This document shows, piece by piece, positions 23,223 through 34,814 of a stretch of DNA of 64,000 nucleotides. How positions within the stretch are numbered: the first letter of the stretch is position 1; every line of letters starts with the position of its first letter. The notes below the pieces were generated by a model. The model was not told the origin of the DNA. It was given only the letters and a program-made list of their open reading frames with translations, and searched no databases. Origin of the DNA: Minutocellus sp. GHC0000111 (Eukaryota). A program made the position numbers and the translations under genes. The DNA lies in contig OZ361257.1 in assembly GCA_977018835.1 (NCBI GenBank), positions 5,332,001 to 5,396,000 on the forward strand. Reading direction: 5' to 3'.

Positions 23223-23567
23223 ATGCCCGTCACTGAGCGACAGTTCGAGGCGGCAGCCGCCATTGTCGGAGACAAGAATGTGAAGCCGGTGGCTCCCTTT
23301 ACGTTCTCTGACCAGTGCAGATTTTACGGTTTGTACTAGCGGGGGACAGTGGGGCGCCTCCTCCCACCCTATGAGGCCGACGACATCGACACTGACAGGC
23401 GACCCGCCTCACGACCTGGCATCCTGAGCGTTACTGCGAGGGCCAAGTACGACGCATGGGCGGCAGCGCAGGACATGTCCAAGCAAGAGGCGAGGGATGA
23501 GTACGTGGCTTTGGGACAGAAATTGGTGGGACCTCCGATCGATGAGGCCATCCAGAAGGCATCGTGA
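23223..23567 (+). CDS. Acyl-CoA-binding protein (ACBP) with an in-frame TAG at 23337-23339
   Basis: MPVTERQFEAAA..FYGLY*RGTVG..RPGILSVTARAKYDAW..MSKQEARDEYV; TAG sits at the conserved Lys of YGLYK (AAG). Confidence 0.85.
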
Positions 23568-23778
23568 GATAATGTACGCAAAGCTCGTGGTTCTTTTTGT
23601 CCTCTGTAGCTGGAAATGCAGCTGAGATGGCGATGCTGCAATGCTGATAATCACTTACGATGCTCTCAACGCTGCAGCATATTTTGCTTATTTGTAATAA
23701 GTCTTCCATAGAGATCGAATAGTTACTTCGATTCTTTACTCTCAAGCTACAATGTTACATTATACCGGTACTTACACG

Positions 23779-24924
23779 TTACGTTTCTGGGAGCTCGTAC
23801 ATCAGCACCTTGAGGGCACGCTCTTGGTCTAGTGCTGGGAATGCATCAGGATTTTTCAATCGCTCCACAAAATGCAGCTCCGGTGCGTTGGTTTCCACCA
23901 GCGATCTAAGAAAGTGAGTGTCGAGCTCTGGAGCGTTCAAGCAAAGCATTGCCCTCCCTCCAGGCCGAAGCAGTGTGGGCAGGCGTCGAATGATCTTGTG
24001 GTAATCCTTCTTGGCTTCGAAAGATCCTTTGTGGTATGAGGGTGGATCTACAACAACAATATCATACGGGCCAAGCTTCTTCAATTTGCCCCACGATTTC
24101 AGCACATTATGACTCAAGAATCGGGCCGGTTGTAGTCCATTGAGTTCATGATTTCTTTGGCCCACCCTGATAGCGCCCTTTGCCATATCGCAGTTGACAA
24201 CCTCATTTGCGCCTCCGTTTAGTGCTGCTATTGAGAAAGCGCATGTATATGAAAATAGATTCAGCACTTGTTTCCCTTTCGCGTTATTTTTCACCCATGA
24301 CCTTCCATTTGCCATGTCAAGGAACAGACCATGGTTCTGCCCACGTAGGAGATGTACCAAGTATTTATCACCAGTTTCTTGTACAATGTGCTGGCCGGGC
24401 ACAGTCCCCGATAGGAGAGAGGTGGTTGTTGGTGTATGGGCTCGGCACTGGTAGACCAGATTAACACCAGTGTGCGTCGTATCTTGATTCATTGGGTCGT
24501 CTTTTTCCACTGAAAAGCATTCCCTCCATCTCCTTTCGATTGCATATTTCCAAGTGTTCAGCTCGTCATCCGTAATATTCTGAAAACTAGTGAGAAGTAG
24601 GACTGGTGGATACCAATCCAAAGTGAGATGCTCATAGCCCGGATAGAATCCGCCTCGGCCGTCAAATATCCTCCTTACGCCATCATCCGCCGATAGATCC
24701 ATTCGATCAATGGCATCGATCAGGGCATCTGCACGGCCACCACCGATGGTATTGCTGCAGCTTGCTGCGGTGGAAAGCTTGCGTTTACATGCATCGCGAG
24801 TTGTTTCGCCATATCCATCGGTCGAACAAAGAAAGGCGGCGACGTTTGTAAGTTTCCAAACTAACAGTAGTGCTAAGGTGACAAGAAGAGCACGTGGCTG
24901 GTGAAAGCATGGTTGATGAAACAT
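23779..24924 (-). CDS. RlmI/RlmK-like SAM-dependent methyltransferase with putative plastid leader
   Basis: QNHGLFLDM..GR.WV, VLNLFSYTCAFSIAA, VVDPPS; N-terminal hydrophobic signal ending VAA-F. Confidence 0.88.
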   Translation of the reverse strand: MFHQPCFHQPRALLVTLALLLVWKLTNVAAFLCSTDGYGETTRDACKRKLSTAASCSNTIGGGRADALIDAIDRMDLSADDGVRRIFDGRGGFYPGYEHLTLDWYPPVLLLTSFQNITDDELNTWKYAIERRWRECFSVEKDDPMNQDTTHTGVNLVYQCRAHTPTTTSLLSGTVPGQHIVQETGDKYLVHLLRGQNHGLFLDMANGRSWVKNNAKGKQVLNLFSYTCAFSIAALNGGANEVVNCDMAKGAIRVGQRNHELNGLQPARFLSHNVLKSWGKLKKLGPYDIVVVDPPSYHKGSFEAKKDYHKIIRRLPTLLRPGGRAMLCLNAPELDTHFLRSLVETNAPELHFVERLKNPDAFPALDQERALKVLMYELPET

Positions 24925-25067
24925 GAGGCGGCAATAGTATTGCGTAAAGCAAATCAACACGTTCACTCTTGACTCTTCAATACGGTGAAAGTGCTGCAGT
25001 CACGGAGCTGGCCAAGCTGGCTATGTGGCTGGGGTGCCGCCGGCCGCCGGTGCCGCGCGGTTGGGCA

Positions 25068-25112
25068 GGCATCATCGGCACGGCATCATCGGCACGGCAT
25101 CGCATCGGCATA
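25068..25112. repeat. Short tandem repeat (GGCATCATCGGCAC) x ~3
   Basis: Seen directly in the divergent intergenic region. Confidence 0.7.
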
Positions 25113-25412
25113 CGCATGGCTAGGCCTACGTAGGCCTACTAGCTAGCTCCGTAGCATCGCGGCACACGGCGGGAAGAACCCGGAAAATAGCCGAAATTCA
25201 TGATGATGTTGTATTATTGTGGCACTGTTGCGTTGTGGCCGACGAGCCGACATACAAGGAGGAATGCGAATATTCATCGGGTGAAGAAGTGAAGAAGCTT
25301 CTTCCCCCGCTGAATCGAATCATCGAACCTTCCTGCGTACTACGTAGCTAGCTAGCTAGTAGCTACGTAGCTAGAGCACGAAGTGACGATTTCGGCTCGA
25401 CTCCAAAATTCA

Positions 25413-27770
25413 ATGATGCGCCGGCAAACCACTCCCTACGATGAAACGTGGGACGACATCGTGTCGACTCAAACAATCGTCTCCACCCGTGAGGAAGCCT
25501 TGGACTCTGTTGTTGTTGGGAAACCGGCTGGTCTACCCAAAGGTTTCCTTTTGAACAGCTTCAAGCGGTTTTGGCTGTGGCACGTTCCAATCATTCTCAA
25601 ACCATGTGTTGGGCTGGGATGTCTACGCGCAGGAACACTGCTCTGGGCCCGTCGTTCTGATGGCGATGGCGTTCCTATAATTTCCGGACCAAATCTCCAT
25701 AATGTTGGTAAACAGGCCATGGGAGAAATGGTGACGCTGTTGCTTGGCATAACATCCGACAAATCCTTTTGGACAAATGTGGCCGGGGTTGTCCTCCGTT
25801 TCTCTCTAACATCCGTCGGCTTGATTGGATTCCGCATTTGTCAGCGCTTGTCGTGGCGAACTACCGAGCTTGGCACGTTTCCCAGCGTAAAGGATGATCC
25901 AACATATCAAGACGAAGAATTACTGGCCAAGGCGTGGAGTGTTGCAGCTCGGCAAGGATGGAAAGATCCTAACAATTGCCGCGACTACAAGGAGGGTGTC
26001 GGAGGGGGAGCAGTCGTCGTGCAACCCCGCCCGGGCTTTTGTGGCATTGCGACTCTCAACTCAACACTTCGATCATTCGGTGGTATTCTAGCCGATGGTG
26101 CAGCACCCTACCTATCTCTTCATTCCTTTCCTAGATATGTAACAATGGAAGAAATGGTACAACTTATCAAGAGAGTGGTGGTCCGTAAAGATCCAAATGA
26201 AAAGAGCGAGTGGGAAAGAGGTGGAGGCAACCCCATCGAATCTATGCAGGTAATCGGCGGGGGCAAGAGAGGCTTTGGCTCCCTTGAGCAGTTCAGAGCG
26301 GCGCTTCGTCAGCTTTCGCATCCGACGCAGCCGGCTAGAATAATGGCGATTTATCATCGCAGTCCGCTCTTCAATTGTTCGGGCGATCGAAGTGTCAAGT
26401 CCAAAATTGCTTGCTTTCCCATGGTCCATTGGAGTCCTGTTCTTGCCTATCTCGAGGAAGAAGATCTAGTGTTGGTGATGGATGTCAACCATCACTACGG
26501 TTCCAAGGGATATCTCGTACCGACAAACCGATTTTATTTTTCGGTTAATACGAGGGACATTTTCAATGGCAATTTCCACGGTCTTATCTTACTCCGCCCT
26601 CCGCCTCCAAAAGGCGAGCTACCTCTACTTACTTCAGCAAACGACATATCGGCTGAGTTTGGAAGAATTAAAAATGCTTACTATGAACATCAGGCAGCTG
26701 GGAGAGGAATCGCTGCAGATTCGCTTCTTGAATCAAGTGAAGAAGGCTACATGCCTCTTCCTCGCAATGAGGAGGAAGATAAGGCAATACGATCTATTTC
26801 TGTTACTGGCACCGATTCTAACAGTATCTCGGCCGTTGTTTCCGCTCATCCTGTTGCCTTTTGCAACGAAATATTTCTGCTTGGACCAGGCAGTATTCCA
26901 TCGCTGGATTCTGTTCGCTCGTTAGTTGACGTGTCTACAAAGCTTCGTGTTCCTGCACGTGTCGCCGTGAGGGGTTGCGATTCTGCAAGCGCAAAGCGAA
27001 TTCATGGTGTGCTCGTTGCGGCAGGATTTGTACAGTTAATGAAATCAGCAGAGGTATTGTCCATGGTCCTTAAGCCTTGTCCTACCAGCTGTAAGAGTCC
27101 AGAAGATCGGCTTCCGTCGGATTATGAGATTAGGGAGGTTATCCATAGAGCAGCCGACAAGTCTCATTCCGAGATCGTCGAAGAACTGGGGAGGCTCATA
27201 GTTGCCAGCTACAAAATGCCGAATGTGCCGCGACGTGGATATAGCACCGCAGATTTTTATGCCCATGCCTACCAGACCTTTGATCATGGGGGTGCTGATT
27301 GTGACTTGCGGCATTTTGCATGTTTCCATCGAGAGACAGGCGAGATGGCCTCTTGCGTGGCTCTTTTTTGCAATCAAAGTGGCACTGCCAAAGGAACTAG
27401 ATCTGATATTGCCGCAATATACAATATCTGTACCAGCATAAAACATCGGCGCAAAGGACTTGGCAAAACCATGACTCTCTTTGCTATGGAGCAAGCCAAA
27501 GAGATGGGGTGTGAACAGGTCCTCCTTGAGGCCAGCCGTGAAGGCAAACCTCTTTATCAAGCCATGGGGTTTGTAAAGACATCAGAAGAGGTTGGTGGGA
27601 TTTATCTTTCGCTGAGTGGCGCCACAGTCGACTTCAGGTGGAAAAATTTCTTTCGTCTATTCGAGTTACGACTGAGGTTGAAGAATGGAGGGATTTCGTA
27701 TTATCCAAGATACCTATTTTTTGTGGTGCGGCGAATGCTTACAAAGAGAAATACGGCAAATTATATGTAA
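25413..27770 (+). CDS. Phytochelatin-synthase-like papain-fold domain fused to a C-terminal GNAT acetyltransferase
   Basis: QPRPGFCGIATLN (Cys), VHWSPVLAY (His), DLVLVMDVN (Asp); IYNICT...HRRKGLGKTM...LLEAS.EGKPLYQAMGF. Confidence 0.8.
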   Translation: MMRRQTTPYDETWDDIVSTQTIVSTREEALDSVVVGKPAGLPKGFLLNSFKRFWLWHVPIILKPCVGLGCLRAGTLLWARRSDGDGVPIISGPNLHNVGKQAMGEMVTLLLGITSDKSFWTNVAGVVLRFSLTSVGLIGFRICQRLSWRTTELGTFPSVKDDPTYQDEELLAKAWSVAARQGWKDPNNCRDYKEGVGGGAVVVQPRPGFCGIATLNSTLRSFGGILADGAAPYLSLHSFPRYVTMEEMVQLIKRVVVRKDPNEKSEWERGGGNPIESMQVIGGGKRGFGSLEQFRAALRQLSHPTQPARIMAIYHRSPLFNCSGDRSVKSKIACFPMVHWSPVLAYLEEEDLVLVMDVNHHYGSKGYLVPTNRFYFSVNTRDIFNGNFHGLILLRPPPPKGELPLLTSANDISAEFGRIKNAYYEHQAAGRGIAADSLLESSEEGYMPLPRNEEEDKAIRSISVTGTDSNSISAVVSAHPVAFCNEIFLLGPGSIPSLDSVRSLVDVSTKLRVPARVAVRGCDSASAKRIHGVLVAAGFVQLMKSAEVLSMVLKPCPTSCKSPEDRLPSDYEIREVIHRAADKSHSEIVEELGRLIVASYKMPNVPRRGYSTADFYAHAYQTFDHGGADCDLRHFACFHRETGEMASCVALFCNQSGTAKGTRSDIAAIYNICTSIKHRRKGLGKTMTLFAMEQAKEMGCEQVLLEASREGKPLYQAMGFVKTSEEVGGIYLSLSGATVDFRWKNFFRLFELRLRLKNGGISYYPRYLFFVVRRMLTKRNTANYM

Positions 27771-27810
27771 TGACTTTAACTCGTTAGAGAGCTGCTTTTC
27801 AGCACCTTTA

Positions 27811-29166
27811 TTAGACGGATAGAGTGCCCTTGCTACTGGCAGTCTTCCCAGCCCTCCGAGGATCCACTGCGAGGCAAAGCTTGAGAGCCTGCCCAAATGC
27901 AGCAGCAGTCGCCAGTGCTGTATCCAGTACCTTGGTACCTTCCTTAACTTGCACAATATGGACAGTCATCTGGCCATTCATAACGAGCGAATCAAGAGCA
28001 TGCTCCAACATTTCTACCGATAGATCACAGACATCCCCTCCGACGTATTCCTCTCCGGCGGCATTGGATGCCAGAGCCAAGTTGTGAGTCAGACAGGGTC
28101 GATTAGAAAGATCCATAGTCACTTCGACGATTGCGTCACTGGATGATGCTCTGGCACACCACATTCTGTTCAATCCTGCCTTGGTGCCAAGCGCCTTGTG
28201 GAGGCATTGGCCGATGGCAATCCCAACATCTTCCGTCGTGTGATGATCATCGACCCATGTATCGCCGGCGCATTTGACCGAAAGGCTGATCTTGGCCTCT
28301 TGGGCTAGCTTGGTAAATATCTTATCCAGTGTTGATAGACCTGTAGACACGGAAACCCCGTTATGCATCCAATCCAATTGAAGCGCCACGTCGATCGACG
28401 TTTCCTTGGTCTTGCGGGAGATGGATGCCGTCCGATTCAGTTCCAGTCCCTGCTTGTACGAGTCCGACTGGACACCCCATAGCGCCTCGAACTCGTGCAT
28501 ACTCTCTTCTCCATTGCTGGCGGTGGTAGTGGTCCCATCCAAAAGGTTCCGAAGGGCACGGCTGAAGGCCTCGAAGGCGCTCTCCACGACGTGATGGCCA
28601 TTGTCACCACGGATCTTGCGCAGGTTGATGGTCAGTCCCGAGGACTTGGCCAGGGAGTCGAAGAAGCAATTTAGATGCGCCGGTGCCATCTTACCGATGC
28701 GGGTTCGGCCGCCAGGAGAGGGGTATATCCCGTACGGTGCGAGAGTAAAGTCGCCCAGCTTTCCACCACCCTCTCCGTTGGCGTCGGCGGTGAGAGTGCA
28801 CTCCACCAGCGCTTCGTCAAGGGGACAGCAGAAGCGACTCGATCGGCCGTGCTCCTTCGCCTTGGCCGCTTCCACGAGCTTACCAATTTCACTTCCAAGC
28901 GCAGCGCCCACCGCAGACATGAGCTCGGCCTGCCGTTCGGGTGGATCGGCATATCGATTGCCATTGGACAGCAAGAGTGCGTATTCGTCGGAGGTACCAT
29001 TGCCATCTGTCTTTGCCTTGGCCGTGACGGCAATACCCACTTGGGCGTGTGAATTCAGTTGGTCCAGCATATGATCGAAGAAGCCAACTCCAGTGTTGAT
29101 CCCCTCCGACGGAGACTTGGTTAGGTCGGTGGCGGAGACACCGCTCAGCGCAAAAGAGCCTTCCAT
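27811..29166 (-). CDS. HIS3: Imidazoleglycerol-phosphate dehydratase, tandem two-domain form
   Basis: Domain 1: TGVGFFDHMLDQL, PLDEAL, GDNGHHVVESAF. Domain 2: RKTKET, DDHHTTEDVGIAIG, MDLSNRP, SSKGTL. Start taken at ATG 29166. Confidence 0.93.
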   Translation of the reverse strand: MEGSFALSGVSATDLTKSPSEGINTGVGFFDHMLDQLNSHAQVGIAVTAKAKTDGNGTSDEYALLLSNGNRYADPPERQAELMSAVGAALGSEIGKLVEAAKAKEHGRSSRFCCPLDEALVECTLTADANGEGGGKLGDFTLAPYGIYPSPGGRTRIGKMAPAHLNCFFDSLAKSSGLTINLRKIRGDNGHHVVESAFEAFSRALRNLLDGTTTTASNGEESMHEFEALWGVQSDSYKQGLELNRTASISRKTKETSIDVALQLDWMHNGVSVSTGLSTLDKIFTKLAQEAKISLSVKCAGDTWVDDHHTTEDVGIAIGQCLHKALGTKAGLNRMWCARASSSDAIVEVTMDLSNRPCLTHNLALASNAAGEEYVGGDVCDLSVEMLEHALDSLVMNGQMTVHIVQVKEGTKVLDTALATAAAFGQALKLCLAVDPRRAGKTASSKGTLSV

Positions 29167-29660
29167 GGTTGCCAGAGTTGTCCGTACTAGTCTAGAGAGA
29201 GTAGAGTATCTGGGCGAGTACGGCGGCGAGTAGGGAGGTGCAGAGGTCAGGGCCGCCGCGGTGGGCGGTAGCGCTATTGGGATATGAGCTGGGCTATGAG
29301 CTGGCTTCAATGCCGAGCTGCTCCGTGAAATGACCATCGACAAAAATGACTGACGCCGCGGGCAATAATCCGAAGACCGACCCAAGGCGCCAAGTACCAC
29401 CAGGCATTTTCATTTGCTTCTGATAGGTCTCCGCTTCTCTCACTCTAGAGTAGCTACATAGCTAGCTAGCTACGTAGCTAGATAAAGTCTAGAGCTAGCT
29501 ACAGTATCCCGCTCTCTCCCCACTCACGCGATCAGCCAGGCAAACGATCACGGCAAACGCTTAAGATACATCCCGCCCGGCCAAGCGAATCAATCAATCA
29601 TTCAATCACATCCTTTCCTTCTCAAATATCCTTTCCTTTCTTAAAAAGACACCCCCAGCG

Positions 29661-32600
29661 ATGGCGAATCAATCGTATCATTTGCTTCTCAAAATGACAC
29701 CCCCATCACATCGCAGGCGATGGAGAATCGCACTTGCCCTCATCTTGGTCACCGTCGAGGTCGTTTCCACTGCCGAACTATCATATGTGTCCAACGGTGG
29801 AACAAGTGGATTCTACAAGGAATGTGAAGGTACGACCGCTGCAAGGATCGTTGTTGTGTTTTGTCGTTCGGTTTCGCACATTGACTGCCGATGTCGCACG
29901 TGGGTTGTTTATTTCGCTCTGCTTGCGCTTGCATGCTTGCTCTAGCTTGCTCGAAGCCTGTAGGCTACTACGTAGGTAGCTAGTCCTGTACAGTATTTTT
30001 TCTGTATGTTGATACTTTGGTACATGATCTGATCTGTGTATCATGTCTGCCGCATGCCCCGACTATCCAAGTGCATATCTAATGTCACCATTTTACTTGG
30101 CTGTACCACCACATCATGACATACAAAACAGGCGATTGCGACAACGACTCAGACTGCCAGGGCACTCTAGGTGAGATATGTGATGATAGACCACGCACAA
30201 CAACACACATGACGATCTGAGCTGTCTTTTGCCTTGTGGCCGAATGCAGTGCATGTTCGTTCCGAAAATATCGTCTATCCTGTTCTTCTGGTCCGGCATT
30301 AGCTCGTCTCATCCCTCTTGCCTCTTGCTCTGTTTGTTGTAACCCACTCTTATTCTTTCCCTGATTCAGTGTGCTATCAGTCTAGCGAAGGCGGCAATGA
30401 GGTGCCGGGCTGTTCGGGCCAAACTTCGGGTGGTATAGATTATTGCTTCACACCGACTCTCCATACTGGTAATCTACCTTTGACCTTCATAGGCGACGAG
30501 CTTTCTGCATATGGCGAATGCCAAGGCGATTGTGACTCAGATAGTGAGGTAAGTCTATGCATTTGTCTTGTCTCGGTACCTGATAGTTTCTTGCGCTAGT
30601 CTAGTATTGATTCAAGTTTTTCCTACCGTTGAGCTGGCAAGCAGCTAGGTCGCTGTGAAGATGTATTTATTTTCTCAATATCTTTCCCGCGGCTACTTCT
30701 GCGCCCAACACCTCTGAATGATATCGTAATTTTGTAGTGCCCGACCGGGATGCTTTGCTTTCAGCGCGGTAGTGGTGGGGCTTCAAATTCCGCAAGAATT
30801 CCAGGATGCGACGGGACGGGGTGTTCGTGGGGAAGACTACTGCCATCGTCCAGAGTCTTCCGGGCCCTCTCCTACTACTGATCCTTCTGCTGCACCAACC
30901 ATGCCTCCAGTCGCATGTACCATCAATGACGACTGCGACGACTTGGTCGCCTGCAACGGAGTAGAGGTCTGCATTTCCGGGGTTTGTCAACCTGGAGCAC
31001 CTTCGTGTGATCCTCAGAGCTCGCAACCGCATTGTATTGAGAACTATCCTTCTCATGCTTGCGTTGCGTGTACCTCTCACGATCATTGCATCGATGAGAG
31101 TCCATGCCTCCCCAATGCTTGTCACGGAGATGGATATTGCTACACCACAAATGCATGCGCCGCCGATGAGACCTGCGTCATCATCGATCCCAATTCCTTT
31201 CAGTGCAATCCAATCACCAACTCTCCTTCCCAGCGACCTTCGAGCTCTCTGACGTCCTCTCCTACTAGCGGTAGTGCAAGGCTCCAACTCAAATATGTTT
31301 GGGACAATAACGGAGGCAATTGTACAATGGTCCCGGGATATGATCCATCCACCGGTGCCTGCCCCGAATCGATCCCGCTGGGTCAATGCTCTGGAGATTG
31401 CGACGGTGATAACCAGTGTGCCAAAGGTCTTGTGTGTCTGCAGCGCAATTCCGGAGATGAAGTCCCCGGTTGTGGCGGCACACCCCTGGCTTCGAAGGAC
31501 TATTGTGTCCTTCCAGAGGCCAACGAACTTGTTTACGTTTTCGATAACAGTGCGAGTGACAGTGTGAATACAACGATTCTACAGGCTTGTCAGGGAGATT
31601 GGTACGTATTAGAGTATGATGTTGTGCTGTACTTATCGTTGCATTCTATGCTCCTTTCTGTGGCTAGAATGACATGTGGCACTCTTCCTTCCGTTTTAAC
31701 GTCCTTACTTTCATCGACCTACAATCTAACATGTATGAATACATTTCGTAGCGACTCGAATTCTGACTGTGCCGACGGACTGCTTTGTGGTCAGCGATCG
31801 GGCAACGAAGCACTGTTTGGGTGTGCTGGTGGTGGAATATCTGGAAAGCATTAATGCCACGTCCCTCCTCCGACGACGGATCCTCCCACCAGAGCTCCTA
31901 CTCCTGTTTGTTTGGAATTCGGTGAAGATTGCTCTCAAAGCGCTGAATCTGAATGCTGCTCTGGCGTCTGTATTGATGGACGAACTTGTGGCGCAGCAAC
32001 CTTTCCTGAGCTTACATACGTCTCTAATGGAGAAACAAATGGATTCTACAAGGAGTGTGAAGGTAAGCTGTGCGAACAGTCGATGTCTGGGATCATCAGA
32101 TATTATCAGGCTTAAGATTTACTCATACTGTACCATCGCATCTCCAACTCTGAATACCTAACGACCACATATTACCCATGGTACCCTGTTGTAACCATAA
32201 TGCACTAAACAGGCGATTGCGACCGGGATGAGGACTGTCACGGCACTCTAGGTGAGATATGTGATGATAGACCACGCACAACAACACACATGACGATCTG
32301 AGCTGTCTTTTGCCTTGTGGCCGAATGCAGTGCATGTTCCGAAAATATCGTCTATCCTGTTCTTCTGGTCCGGCATTAGCTCGTCTCATCCCTCTTGCCT
32401 CTTTGCTCTGTTTGTTGACCCACTCTTATTCTTTCCCTGATTCAGTGTGCTATCAGTCTAGCGAAGGCGGCAATGAGGTGCCGGGCTGTTCGGGCCAAAC
32501 TTCGGGTGGTATAGATTATTGCTTCACACCGACTCTCCATACTGGTAATCTACCTTTGACCTTCATAGGCGACGAGCTTTCTGCATATGGCGAATGCCAA

Positions 32601-34618
32601 GGCGATTGTGACTCAGATAGTGAGGTAAGTCTATGCATTTTCTTGTCTCGGTACCTGATAGCTTCTTGTACTAGCTACGAGGTCGTAGCTAGTCAGTATT
32701 GATTCGAGTTTTTCCTGCCGTTGAGCTGGATGGCTAGCTACGTAGTTAGCTAGCTAGCTAGCTAGCTAGGTCGCTGTGAAGATGTATTTATTTTCTCAAC
32801 ATCTTTCCCGCGGCTACTTCTGTGTCCAACACATGATTTTGTAGTGTCCCCGACCGGGATGTTCTGCTTTCAGAGGGGGACCACCCATCCTGAATCCGCT
32901 CTAGTCCCGAATTGCGATGGAACAGGTGAGATTTACAATGCTTCTTTTGTGTTGTTTTCGTTTACCGATTTGCCTTTGATAATCTCGTCTCACGTGTCAA
33001 TGTTGGACCATCTCGAACATGCGATCATATATCTCTTTGCTTCTGTGCAACATTCTTTACAGGCATTCCTGGCGAGGACTATTGCCATCGTATAGTAGCG
33101 GGTCCGATCGAATCAACCCACGTGCCCACAGCCACGCCGACTATGTGCCCTGAATCTCCCGAAGTCACCACGTCGCCAACCGGTCCTGTAAGCTATCGAC
33201 CTGGTGAGAAGACCACATCTTCTGACGATGGTTTGTAGCCTTGTCTACTGGTCTCGTGGCAAAAGCTATTGCCATTGCTGGGTCTCCCGTCAACTTTGTC
33301 GGTGGGGGTCAGAGCGCCGAAAATTTTCATACGAGGCCTGATGGCGCTGCTGTCTTTCCGGATGAGTGTGCAGGTTGGGCATATGTGAGCAACAGTGAGG
33401 AAGGAAGCTCGTCTGTCGACACTGGTGGTGTTGGAGCAATATACTTCAATGCCATGGGCGAGGTCATAGGTTACAAGATGATTCAGAAGAACACTCGGCG
33501 TAATTGTAGTGGTGGAAAGACGTGGTGGGGCACTTGGGTAACATGCGAAGAATGTGGAAGCACGGGCGGAGTGTTTGAGGTACATCCCAAGGGTCATCCG
33601 AATGGAGATGCAACCCTGAAGCGCAAGACACTCCTCGGTAGAAGAAACGGCCGTTCTTGCGGAAATTACGAGGGTGTGGCATACTATAACCCTGCGCCGA
33701 CGGATTCCAACATTCGCCCGGCCTTCTATTTGACTGAAGATGCTACCTCGGGACCTCTCGAGAGATTCCGACCTTCAAATGCCGTCCTTGCGGAGTCAAT
33801 AGCTACGAACGACTTTTACAAGCTTCTTCATGACGATCCAGATGGCACAGCGACCACAGACTACCTCAATCTCATTACGTGGGAAACTGACGATAACCAT
33901 CTTAGTCACTACGGGACCTTCGATTGGTCGCCAGATTACACGGTCGGTATTTCCAATGCAAATAGTTACTTCCAGAAGTGTGAAGGTATAGACGTCCGGA
34001 ATGGAATGTTGTACATGACATGCAAGACGAACAAACAATTCTTCATTCTAGATCTAGAGGCTGGAACCTATGTTGAGAGTCATACCGATGGTAGAACAAC
34101 CGACATCAATGGCAACGATATTTCCATTTCTGGTCCCTTCACCGGCCAACCAGATCAGATAAGGGCGATTCTAAATGGTACCGATGACCAGCTCGTATAC
34201 TTTTGCGAAGGTAAGTACAAAGTTCGTTGCTTTGAAGTTTTTGTTGCTTTGATTCTTTCGTTGTGTAAAAGCAACAGCTCAATATTTTTCTTGTGGTTTC
34301 TCCTTTATCACCCCACACATCTACTCATGTGTAGATGTTGGCGACAAGGCTGGTATTCATGCCAAGGACTCTACGGGTCAATTCTACACAATCGCTCAAG
34401 ACGAAGGTGGATTCCACAGCGGAGAAACCACTGGCTTGGCGTTTTCCCCAGACAACCGACACATGTACGTCGCCTACCAATCAAAGGGAATCATCTATGA
34501 CATAACTCGAGCTGACGGCCGTGCCTTCGGTGGCGCCACTCTCGCCATTCAAAATGATGGAATGAACACCGGTAATGATTTCATCAATCGATTCCTCCGC
34601 AAGAGAAGAAGTGAGTGA
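29661..34618 (+). CDS. Secreted multi-exon protein: frustulin-type acidic Cys-rich repeats plus C-terminal PhoX-like (DUF839) phosphatase domain; at least 4 lesions
   Basis: Signal peptide; six C[EQS]GDCDxDxxC..C.Q...VPGC.G...DYC repeats; PDGAAVF, YVSNSE, RNCSGGKTWWGTWVTCEE, YEG, EG, PDQI, GETTGLAFSPD. Two 39-nt micro-exons (one at 30132-30170). Lesions at ~30820, 31852 (TAA), ~32848 and ~33232. Confidence 0.8.
30161..32875 (+). repeat. Near-identical ~0.6-kb intragenic direct repeat (30161-~30773 vs 32242-~32875), introns included
   Basis: The exon encoding CYQSSEGGNEVPG...CDSDSE appears identical in both copies and the flanking introns are nearly so. Confidence 0.92.
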
Positions 34619-34814
34619 GTTGGATCTGCACTTGTAGGCAATTACAAAAAGATATATATATTTTTTTAGAGGTGCAATGGTACGATCGTAGAGACACATA
34701 TTTTTATATTAAACCGATTTAATTTTTCTAGCTCTGTAAACACACATACTCTACTACGTAGTAACTACTAACGGAGCTGTTTAGTCTATTCGCACATGTG
34801 GTACCTCAGATAAT

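Noticed and set aside
23337..23339. Pyrrolysine at the ACBP TAG
   Set aside because: Pyl is unknown in eukaryotes; an AAG>TAG error or nonsense allele is simpler.
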